Source: Candidatus Latescibacterota bacterium (lineage in GTDB: Bacteria > Latescibacterota > UBA2968 > UBA8231). From it: a stretch of 64,000 bases of DNA. Where the stretch lies: NCBI GenBank assembly GCA_965203175.1, contig OZ241867.1, positions 5,152,001-5,216,000 of the forward strand, read 5' to 3'. The stretch's first letter is position 1. Each line of letters starts with the position of its first letter. Below the pieces are notes generated by a model. The model worked only from the letters and a program-made list of their open reading frames with translations. It made no database searches and had not been told where the DNA came from. The position numbers were made by a program, and so were the translations under genes. Below are positions 56,566-64,000 of this stretch, piece by piece.

Positions 56566-57624
56566 CTATCCCGGCTGATCCCCACGCCGATTCGCCTGCG
56601 CGCGCGGCGTCAGGTCAAAATAGGTCTGGTGGCCCGCGAAAAAGCGCTCTAATTCATCGACCATGAGGCGGAAAAAATGCGGGTATTCGTCGCCCACGCG
56701 CCCAGAAAAGTGCGGGGTCAAAAACACATTGGGCAGGTCGATAATCTCGCTGTCATCCGGGATCGGCTCCGGGTCGAAGACATCAAAGCCCCCAGCAATA
56801 TCGCCGCGCTTGAGGCGCTCGATCAGGGCTGCAGAGTCAAAGATCGGCCCGCGCGACACGTTGACCAAAACCGCTCCCGACGGAATGAGTTCCAACTCGC
56901 GCTGGCCAATCATGCCTTCGGTCTGCGGCGTCAGCGGCGCGACGCAGACGATCGCATCGCACTGCGACATCACATTGTCCAGCGACGTTAGCAAAAAGCC
57001 CAACGCCTCGGACAACTCCTGCGGCAAGTACGGATCGTGCACCCACAGCTCGACCTCAAAGGGCCGCAACAGTTTCATCAGCCGCCGCCCCATGTGGCCA
57101 CCGCCGATCAACCCCACCCGCTTGCCCGTGAGCATCCCGGCCATCGGCTGCATGGTGGATCGCTCCTGAGTATTCCTATCGAGGATGCGGCGGAAGAGCG
57201 CACCGGCATTGCGCATGGCAATCAGCGTCAGCGCCAAGGCCCACTCGGCCACCGGATAGGATGAGCCATTGGTCGTATCCACAGTGCGGATGCCCCGCGC
57301 CCACGCCTCATCCAAGTCAATGCGCGTAGCAAAGCGGTCGCCTTCCAGTTCGCCAATGAAGCGCAGCCGGGGAGCGGCTTCCAAGACTGCTGCATTAACC
57401 CTCGGCGCGCCGTGGCAGACGACGAGCGCATCTACTCCAGCCAATTCCTTTGCCAACTGCGCAATGGCCTCGGCGTCTTCGCTGGCCTGGTAAATGTTGC
57501 CGCCCTCGCAGGCAAACCACGCCCAATCGGCAACCTGCTCTAGGCGCGTCAACTCCTCTGGCGGCAGGTAGCCATGGCGCACCCGCTCGCTACAGGCGAT
57601 GAGTACTTGCGGACGATTTCCCAT
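56566..57624 (-). CDS. D-isomer-specific 2-hydroxyacid dehydrogenase
   Basis: GLIGGGHMG, LVNVSRG, DVFDPEP, LTPH. Confidence 0.9.
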   Translation of the reverse strand: MGNRPQVLIACSERVRHGYLPPEELTRLEQVADWAWFACEGGNIYQASEDAEAIAQLAKELAGVDALVVCHGAPRVNAAVLEAAPRLRFIGELEGDRFATRIDLDEAWARGIRTVDTTNGSSYPVAEWALALTLIAMRNAGALFRRILDRNTQERSTMQPMAGMLTGKRVGLIGGGHMGRRLMKLLRPFEVELWVHDPYLPQELSEALGFLLTSLDNVMSQCDAIVCVAPLTPQTEGMIGQRELELIPSGAVLVNVSRGPIFDSAALIERLKRGDIAGGFDVFDPEPIPDDSEIIDLPNVFLTPHFSGRVGDEYPHFFRLMVDELERFFAGHQTYFDLTPRAQANRRGDQPG

Positions 57625-57702
57625 TCATTTCTCCTTTGGTGAATTCGCAAAGCACAAAGCTAAATAGCATATTTACGCCCGCCCCACAACACTGGAGATT
57701 CC

Positions 57703-58479
57703 ATGCTCGCCCTCGAACCTGTTTCCCCAGACACCATCGACCGCGCCGCTGCCCTCTTTCACCGCGACGGTTTTGCCGTAGTCACCGACGCCCTGACTGA
57801 CGAACAATTCGCCTATCTCACGGAAGGCGCACACCGCGTCGTGGCCGAGCAGACCGCCGCCATCCCGCTGGAGGAAGCCAACCGGGGCTTTGCGCGCTAC
57901 TCCTTTGGCTCGCAGATCCACCATCCCGAATGGGCCATGCTCGTGGACTTGCCGACCATTTTGCCCATCGTCGAAGCCATCTTTGCCAGCGACCAGTTTA
58001 CGTGCAGCGGTGCCGGGGGCGATTATTCCCTGCCCGGCGCAAAAATCCAACCTCTGCACCGCGACATGTCCGATGTGATTGGCGACCCCGAGCAGCGCGT
58101 CACCATCATGGACCTACCCACGCCCTTTGTCGTGGTCAACTTTCCCATGATCGATTTTAGCGCGGAAAACGGAGCCACGCGCTTTATCCGAGGCACCCAC
58201 CGCTCGCGCCATCCCATCCCCAGCCTCGCAGACGAACCCACCTATATGCAGCACTCTATCGCCTGTGCGCCGGCCCGCTCGGCCCTCATCCGGGACGTGC
58301 GCTGCTGGCACGGCGGCACACCCAACACTTCCGCAGACGTGCGGATTATGACAAGCGTTGGCTATTACGCGCCCTGGTTTCACCGGCCCCAAGGAGATGG
58401 GGAAATGCCTCGCGCCTTGTACGATGATCTTTCAGAGCGCGGAAAGGTGCTGTGCCGTTATATAGTCGCGTTGGATTAG
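57703..58479 (+). CDS. Phytanoyl-CoA dioxygenase (PhyH) family protein
   Basis: QPLHRD, ENGATRFIRGTH, RCWHGGTPN. Confidence 0.9.
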   Translation: MLALEPVSPDTIDRAAALFHRDGFAVVTDALTDEQFAYLTEGAHRVVAEQTAAIPLEEANRGFARYSFGSQIHHPEWAMLVDLPTILPIVEAIFASDQFTCSGAGGDYSLPGAKIQPLHRDMSDVIGDPEQRVTIMDLPTPFVVVNFPMIDFSAENGATRFIRGTHRSRHPIPSLADEPTYMQHSIACAPARSALIRDVRCWHGGTPNTSADVRIMTSVGYYAPWFHRPQGDGEMPRALYDDLSERGKVLCRYIVALD

Positions 58480-58507
58480 CCGTCAGAAGCGTCGTCTAGC
58501 CAGCAAC

Positions 58508-60139
58508 CTAAAAGAAATACCAGTATACCGCGACGTACACCACCAACAATCCCACCGCTCCCAGCCAATAGACCCGATCCTGTTTCCGGGTCGGCATCAA
58601 CGTCTCGTCGCCTCGCTCCAAGAGCACCGGCCCCTCATCGCCAAACGCAAAGCTAAAGCCAAAAAGCAGCACACTCGCCACGGCAAAAATGACGAAGGCC
58701 GCGTGCAGGAAGTGCATTTCCAAGAAGGCTAACCCCAAGCCCTCTTCGCCACAGACCAGCCGGTTGAGCACTGCCGAGTCGTTGACCAGCCACAGGAAGA
58801 CGCCAAAGATGGAACCAGCGATCAGGGTCGCAAAAGCCCCTTTGCGCGTGGGCCGCTTCGACACCATGCCCCACAGGAAACACGCCACAATAGTACCTGG
58901 TATGTAGGAGGAAAACTTGGCCAGATATTCATAGAGAAAGCGGAACTGCGGAATGACCACAATCGCCCAGAACACGCCGATGACAACTACAGCCGCGGCC
59001 AATATGCGCCCCGCCCATACCAAGCGCCGCTGAGTCGCCGCAGGCCGATGGGGCTGGTACCAATCCATGGCAAACAGGCCCGAAGCCGCGCAGATTTCCG
59101 AGTCTAGCGAACTCATTAGCGCCGCGATCAACCCCGCCAAGACCAAGCCCACCAAGCCGACCGGCAGCAGGGCTTGCACCATCGCTGGATATAGCTGATC
59201 CGGGCTAGCGACCTCGATCAGCGGCTGCGCCCCTTGTGCCATGACGTAGCCCATCAGCCCGGGAATCAGAATGATAAAGACCGCCACTATTTTCAATAGA
59301 CCAGCCAGCAGTCCACCCATCCGCGCCTCGTGGACGCTGCGGGCGGCCAAGGCGCGCTGCACCATGACGTGGCTGGTCGCACCAAAGGCCAAGGCATGTA
59401 TCGTCAGCCCCAGCACCACGCCGGTCCAGGGTACATTGGGATGGTCGAGTGGCTGTATCAGCGCCAGCATGTCCCAGTTATCCGCGCCTTGTAGCTCCTG
59501 TATCCGCGTCTCAAAGACGCCCCAGCCTCCTAGATAGCTCAAGCCCATCCAGAGCATGGCCACACCCCCAACAACCAGCAGCAAGCACTGGATAAAATCC
59601 GTCAAAATGACAGTGCGCAAACCGCCCGCCATGGCGTACGGGCCAGCCGCCAACGCCAAGATCAGCACCCCCGGCACAATCGACTCAAACCCGAACAGCA
59701 CCTCCATCACCCGCCCGCCGGCGTACAGAGAGCCGGGAATGCCAGCAAAGGTAATACTCACCAAGGTGATCAAAGAAAAGAAGCGGCGGCTCTCCGGCCC
59801 GTAGCGCCGCTCCAAAAACTCCGGCGTGGTGTAGAGGCCCAGCCGCATGTATATGGGTAGGAAAACCGCTCCCATCGCCACGAAGGCCAATACCCCGGCT
59901 AGCTGGTAATTGGCAACCGCCAAGCCGACGACAAAGACCAAACCCGCTTGGCCGACGAACTGCTCGGCGGAAATGTTGGTGGCAAACATGGATGCGCCGA
60001 CAAAGGGCCAGCGCATACTGCGTCCAGCGAGGAAGAAGTCGCTCGTGCCGCGGACGCGGCGGCTAGTCACGACCGCTATGGCGACGACCACGAGCAGGTA
60101 GGCTACAATGATCGCACTATCGAGCGCGGAAATGTTCAT
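58508..60139 (-). CDS. Sodium:solute symporter (SSS family)
   Basis: FFLAGRSM, ATNIS, PEFLERRY, GGLR.VI.TD, QRALAA, AALMSSLDS; many TM helices. Confidence 0.93.
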   Translation of the reverse strand: MNISALDSAIIVAYLLVVVAIAVVTSRRVRGTSDFFLAGRSMRWPFVGASMFATNISAEQFVGQAGLVFVVGLAVANYQLAGVLAFVAMGAVFLPIYMRLGLYTTPEFLERRYGPESRRFFSLITLVSITFAGIPGSLYAGGRVMEVLFGFESIVPGVLILALAAGPYAMAGGLRTVILTDFIQCLLLVVGGVAMLWMGLSYLGGWGVFETRIQELQGADNWDMLALIQPLDHPNVPWTGVVLGLTIHALAFGATSHVMVQRALAARSVHEARMGGLLAGLLKIVAVFIILIPGLMGYVMAQGAQPLIEVASPDQLYPAMVQALLPVGLVGLVLAGLIAALMSSLDSEICAASGLFAMDWYQPHRPAATQRRLVWAGRILAAAVVVIGVFWAIVVIPQFRFLYEYLAKFSSYIPGTIVACFLWGMVSKRPTRKGAFATLIAGSIFGVFLWLVNDSAVLNRLVCGEEGLGLAFLEMHFLHAAFVIFAVASVLLFGFSFAFGDEGPVLLERGDETLMPTRKQDRVYWLGAVGLLVVYVAVYWYFF

Positions 60140-60191
60140 TAGAACTCACCACAGCCTTTACAGCGAGTCCTAAAGGGATGCCAAACAGCAA

Positions 60192-60223
60192 AGCGGTGTC
60201 GGCATGTTCTTTCCGACACCGCT
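60192..60223 (-). terminator. Hairpin terminator downstream of 60256-61185
   Basis: AGCGGTGTCGG / CCGACACCGCT stem; T-rich tail on the minus strand. Confidence 0.65.
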
Positions 60224-60255
60224 CGCGTTAACAGATTACTGTTTTCTTTCACACT

Positions 60256-61185
60256 TCAATCCAACTGGCCTTGCAAATGGCTCTTAATCCGTCCCCACGA
60301 GAGATCCTCCACGGCCGTCGGCTCGTCGGTACCTAAGCCGATCCAATCGAGCATCTGATCGCCCTTTTGGTCTTGTGCAGCGGCCGCTCCCAAGACCAGC
60401 ACATTGTGCCGGAACGGCGATGCTTCATCCGAGGCCACTGGCTCGCGGTCGTTGAACTTGGGGCCAACGTGTATTACCTGATCTTCCTCAAACACGTGGC
60501 GCACGCTCTCCTCGGGCGTCGTTGCATAGGTGTCCCACAGAGCACAGCGGAACTCCATGGTCCACGTGACATTAGTCGATCCGTGCCCGGCCCCTGACGG
60601 CAGCAGGGTCCAGCCCACTTCAAACCAAGGCGTTGGCTCGCCGTTGTATATATCCGAACTCCAGCCAATCTCTGGCAGGTCGATGTATTCGAGCTGGCTG
60701 TTGTACGCAACCGGCTGACCCGGCCCCGGATTGATGCGGAGATGGTAGCGCTGACCATTAAACACGTGGTCCAAGTTTTCGCCTAAGAAGTCGCCGCCCG
60801 AGTGATCGGCATCAAACGTGATCTGGATGATGTCATCCGACCACCAGCGCTTCTGATCGGATTCGAGCATCTTGAGCGTGTCGTCGGCCACCACAGCGTA
60901 GAAGTAGAACTGATTGTCCGGCGGCGCACTCCACGCCATCCAGAAGGCCGCGTTGAAATCCTCGCGCTCAAGCTCTTCGCCGTGCTGGCCAAACATCTGA
61001 TCTGTGGTGATGGCAAATTCCTCTCGGTCGAGCCAGTCCCAGTCGTCGTCATTGCCATCCATGACCATAGAGGCTGGGTCGGGTACCTGTGGATAAAAAT
61101 ACTCGGTCCCCACGTGCCCCCAAGCAATCGTGCTGATGAGGAACACCAAGGCTCCTCCTAAAATCATCTGTGCATGCGTTCTCAT
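60256..61185 (-). CDS. Secreted CBM9/DOMON-like sugar-binding protein with TAVE-SWG.IK tail
   Basis: Signal peptide AWG-H; MDG.DDDW, MAWS, V.DD, D.DHSGG; C-terminus PTAVEDLSWGRIK. Confidence 0.65.
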   Translation of the reverse strand: MRTHAQMILGGALVFLISTIAWGHVGTEYFYPQVPDPASMVMDGNDDDWDWLDREEFAITTDQMFGQHGEELEREDFNAAFWMAWSAPPDNQFYFYAVVADDTLKMLESDQKRWWSDDIIQITFDADHSGGDFLGENLDHVFNGQRYHLRINPGPGQPVAYNSQLEYIDLPEIGWSSDIYNGEPTPWFEVGWTLLPSGAGHGSTNVTWTMEFRCALWDTYATTPEESVRHVFEEDQVIHVGPKFNDREPVASDEASPFRHNVLVLGAAAAQDQKGDQMLDWIGLGTDEPTAVEDLSWGRIKSHLQGQLD

Positions 61186-61354
61186 GTAATTTTCCTCGTT
61201 TTAGAGTAAAAACAACTCGATAAAAAGCATGCTGCCCGCCTTTGCTAAAGTCCCTCCTTTCTCGGCGCGCAATGAAAACGATGGTTAAACGGGTAATATA
61301 TAATATAGTCCCGTAGATCGGACAACCACAGCTATCGCTCAAGCCCCCGTTACT

Positions 61355-61602
61355 TCACGCCGCGCTTTCGTAATACGGCGACGGTACTGTTGGATAGACG
61401 CGGAACACGTGCCGGAATACGTCGTCCGTCTTGGTTCCAACGTCAGCACTACCTCGCGGTCGGAGGCGCGACCCAGCAGGCTGTTCGGGCCGAAGTCCTC
61501 GGCGTTATGGGCGTAGATGGATTCCCAGCCGAGTTGTTGCTCTAAGTAATCGGCAGTGGTCTGCTGGACGAGGGTGTCTTCGGTGTAGGGCGCGGGGGTC
61601 AT
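61355..61602 (-). pseudogene. hsdR: Type I R-M HsdR with a large internal deletion
   Basis: N-terminus YTEDTLVQQTTADYL...LGRASDREVVL joined out of frame to TKTDDVFRHVFRVYPTVPSPYYESAA* (61435-61355). Confidence 0.72.
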
Positions 61603-63107
61603 GGGGTGTGCGTCAATCGTTCTCGCAACGCTTGGCCCTTGTCCGTCAACCGGTACTGCTGCTTGCCGCTTCTGGGTTTGTCGGGGATGGTCATTTCCAG
61701 CCACTCGGCATTGAGCAGAGGTTGGAGATAATTGGTCCGAAATGTCTTCGGGTGTTTCAAGCCCAGCAGAGTCATGAGCTCCCTTGCCGTGCGGGGAACA
61801 CGGCAATGCCAGATAACTTGTGCGGTAACTTGTGCGGTAACTTGTGCGGTCAAGTCCTCCAAGTTGGCCGAAAGCCTCTGTAACGTGCTGTCTGAAATGA
61901 CTTTAGGTATACTTGTACGGTCCGTGTCGGGCACTTGTGCGGTGGCACGCGGGGTATCCCGGACCTGACTTGCTTTCGACTCGATCTCGACTTCTACGGC
62001 CGGCCGCTTGAACGTCGTCGTCACCCAGTGCTCGGACACGTCGATCACCGGCTCCGGCACCCCGTGCTCTTGGCAAAGCTCCCGAATGCGCCGAATGCCC
62101 GAGCCGATATTCTCCACCGCGTCCATGCGGTACAACATGCTGAACAGCAGCGGATTGCGCGGGACGCTCTTAGTGCCCAGATCTGCTTCCTCCATCCCTG
62201 CGGGCAATCCACCTGGACTGACGATTTCGATCCGGTCTTTGAAGACGTAAATCTGGACGTTCGCGGTCGAGCGGTAGTCGCGGTGGGCAACGGCATTCGC
62301 CACCGCTTCCCGCAGGGCCTCTTCGGGCAATTCCGGCCGTTCCTCCCGCCTCACGTGCTTGATGATGTACTCGACATTGATTTTGGTGAGAATCCAAGCG
62401 ACTACTTCGTCTATCATCGTCGGAATGTCGCTATGGAAGTCCCGCCGATCGAGAATTCTCACCTTCTCGGTCCCCATGAACAGGGCACAGGACACGTGGG
62501 CACTGGTCGTGAACCTCCGAATGTCTCGTGCCAGAAGCCATGCTCCGGCGTAGGTCATGCGGTCTTGTGCATCCACTAGGCCGAGGTTGCGGAGGGCCAC
62601 GAGCCGCTCCATGGCCGCTGGAATTTTGGCGCGTTCACTAAACCGCGCCCAAGTCTCGTCATCAAGGTCGCTTTCCATGGAGAAAATCTCACAGGGCTTT
62701 TTGTCAAAATGAAGACGCCCAACCGCGTAGAACAGGTTTTCCACTTCCTCATTCGACATCTGCTGACTATTCGCCCCGTCGCGTATGAAGAATCGTCCGC
62801 CAAACGAGTAGGGCTTGCGCTCCTGCGGCGGCAGGACCACGCACAAGACCTCACCGACGCTCTCGACTTCCACCGAGATCGGCGGATCCGCCGACCGTGC
62901 AGTGCTTTGCACCCTCGACTTTAGCTGATTGTGGTCGGCTACACCAACGATCTCCCCGACATCCGAGACCCCGAGCATGATCACTCCGCCGGTAGCATTG
63001 GCGAAGGCGCACATCTCCCGTCCGAGGTCGGAAGGCATGGCCCGCTTGAACTCGGTGGTGAAGCCTTCGCCGAGGGAGATGAGGTCGGAGAGGGATTGGG
63101 GGTTCAT
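61599..63107 (-). CDS. AlbA_2 (Schlafen-like) + HATPase_c_4 + HTH 'ATP-binding' protein
   Basis: EGFTTEFK, CAFANATGG; ALREAVANAVAHRDY, SPGGL, RNPLL, GSGI; C-terminal TIPDKPRS..QQYRLT. Confidence 0.88.
   Translation of the reverse strand: MNPQSLSDLISLGEGFTTEFKRAMPSDLGREMCAFANATGGVIMLGVSDVGEIVGVADHNQLKSRVQSTARSADPPISVEVESVGEVLCVVLPPQERKPYSFGGRFFIRDGANSQQMSNEEVENLFYAVGRLHFDKKPCEIFSMESDLDDETWARFSERAKIPAAMERLVALRNLGLVDAQDRMTYAGAWLLARDIRRFTTSAHVSCALFMGTEKVRILDRRDFHSDIPTMIDEVVAWILTKINVEYIIKHVRREERPELPEEALREAVANAVAHRDYRSTANVQIYVFKDRIEIVSPGGLPAGMEEADLGTKSVPRNPLLFSMLYRMDAVENIGSGIRRIRELCQEHGVPEPVIDVSEHWVTTTFKRPAVEVEIESKASQVRDTPRATAQVPDTDRTSIPKVISDSTLQRLSANLEDLTAQVTAQVTAQVIWHCRVPRTARELMTLLGLKHPKTFRTNYLQPLLNAEWLEMTIPDKPRSGKQQYRLTDKGQALRERLTHTP
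61815..61850. repeat. 12-bp tandem repeat x3 encoding TAQV
   Basis: AACTTGTGCGGT x3 in the linker before the C-terminal HTH. Confidence 0.9.
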
Positions 63108-63167
63108 ATCAGCGGCCCTAAGTTTGTGCAGGCCCCTCTTGCCCAATTTGGGCAGCAAGCTGCTGCA

Positions 63168-63371
63168 CTATTTCTCCTTCTTCTCCTCGTACATATCCGG
63201 CTCCGGTTCAATTTCAATGACCTCGCCGTCTCGCATGACCACTACCCCGGTCTTGTGCTGCTGCGCGATTTTGTGCGCATGTCTAGCTGCTCGGTATAAC
63301 GCAATGGGGACAGCCTGCATATCGGGATCATCAAGTTTAGAGATGGGGATTGGTTGCTTCGACTCTTTCAT
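63168..63371 (-). CDS. Small hypothetical protein
   Basis: RBS AAGGAG; AL.RAA..A..IA....T.VVV.RDG pattern. Confidence 0.6.
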   Translation of the reverse strand: MKESKQPIPISKLDDPDMQAVPIALYRAARHAHKIAQQHKTGVVVMRDGEVIEIEPEPDMYEEKKEK

Positions 63372-63431
63372 GGGTTCTCTCCTTCATCTACCAGTATAGG
63401 AGTAGTACCGCTGTTATCAAACCGCTTCCAA

Positions 63432-63833
63432 TCAGCGAACCCAGTTTTCCAGCATGAGCCCCGGAACTTTTTCAAACTCTTTTACATTATTGCTCACCAA
63501 AACCAGCCCGGACGCACGCGCCTGACCCGCGATCATCATATCGTAGGGGCCAATCGGAGCACCAATGCGATACAGTTCTGCACGGATTCGGCCAAAATGG
63601 CTGGCTGCAACTTGGTCAAACGGCACGATCTCAAGCCTAGTGCCCAGCGATTCAATATCCGCCAAGTTGCGCTCGGGCTGGGCGGAGCGTTCAACGCCAT
63701 AGACAAGTTCGCCCCAAGTTACGGAAGAAATCGCCATCTGACCTTGCGACCGATTGAATTTTTGCCGCAGCGACTGGGGGCGGTTCTTGATGGCATAAAT
63801 CACCACATTGGTATCTAGCAGATACCTGAGCAT
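63432..63833 (-). CDS. vapC: VapC PIN-domain toxin
   Basis: YLLDTN, SSVTWGEL, PIGPYD.MIAGQA, LVSNN.KEF. Confidence 0.93.
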   Translation of the reverse strand: MLRYLLDTNVVIYAIKNRPQSLRQKFNRSQGQMAISSVTWGELVYGVERSAQPERNLADIESLGTRLEIVPFDQVAASHFGRIRAELYRIGAPIGPYDMMIAGQARASGLVLVSNNVKEFEKVPGLMLENWVR

Positions 63834-64000
63834 CACAGTTTTTCCCGCTGTGCATCGGCCGGCTGTTCCCTTACCGACATAAAATCATCTGAAACACCGG
63901 GGCCGTTGAACCACTCATCCCAACTCTCGCCAGCAGGCGTGATAACGCGCTTTGACCCTATCGCGACGATATCGACCTCGCGCACTGATTCCGGCAGTTC
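63833..64000 (-). CDS. vapB: VapB (AbrB/MazE-type) antitoxin, 5' end outside the window
   Basis: Manual translation ELPESVREVDIVAIGSKRVITPAGESWDEWF..VSDDFM..REQP; stop overlaps the vapC start. Confidence 0.88.
   Translation of the reverse strand, partial: ELPESVREVDIVAIGSKRVITPAGESWDEWFNGPGVSDDFMSVREQPADAQREKL

Noticed and set aside
348-62579. Numerous long overlapping or antisense ORFs in the six-frame track (e.g. 2339-3100, 33355-34206, 42607-43584, 49813-50742)
   Set aside because: Shadow ORFs expected in GC-rich DNA; they overlap genes with clear family motifs and show none themselves
1-64000. CRISPR array, rRNA or tRNA genes
   Set aside because: No regularly spaced repeat-spacer units or recognisable structural RNA seen; intergenic gaps are short. 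A covariance-model search was not possible.

Overview
A GC-rich bacterial chromosomal segment dominated by catabolic genes: 6 PhyH-like Fe(II)/2OG oxygenases, 3 Cys-type sulfatases, 4 Gfo/Idh/MocA oxidoreductases, 3 enolase-superfamily enzymes, 2 amidohydrolase-fold proteins, a GH5 and an SSS transporter. This gene mix, together with a C-terminal 'TAVE..SWG.IK' motif and a FlgD-Ig tail, resembles Latescibacterota/Poribacteria-type marine or sponge-associated bacteria (inference). Small islands of different composition are interspersed. These include a stand-alone Klenow-like PolA at the left edge, two pairs of tandem-duplicated secreted proteins (one pair are SpoIVB/S55 peptidase lipoproteins with Met/Ala heptad repeats), an ABC-ATPase + TOPRIM-like candidate defence pair, a DUF4238 + DUF2442/DUF4160 island whose DUF4160 gene is split by a complete IS3 element, an internally deleted hsdR, and vapBC. 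The most interesting signals are: PhyH paralogues with non-canonical metal triads (HxG and HxH), an amidohydrolase-fold + Rieske pair resembling dimetal C-H oxygenases, the 5'-nuclease-less PolA heading an operon that leaves the window, a 7-blade FDGRY propeller inserted inside a LamG domain, and several unannotated gene scars. I recognised no rRNA, tRNA or CRISPR array. All family calls come from motifs read by eye; no database searches were run.
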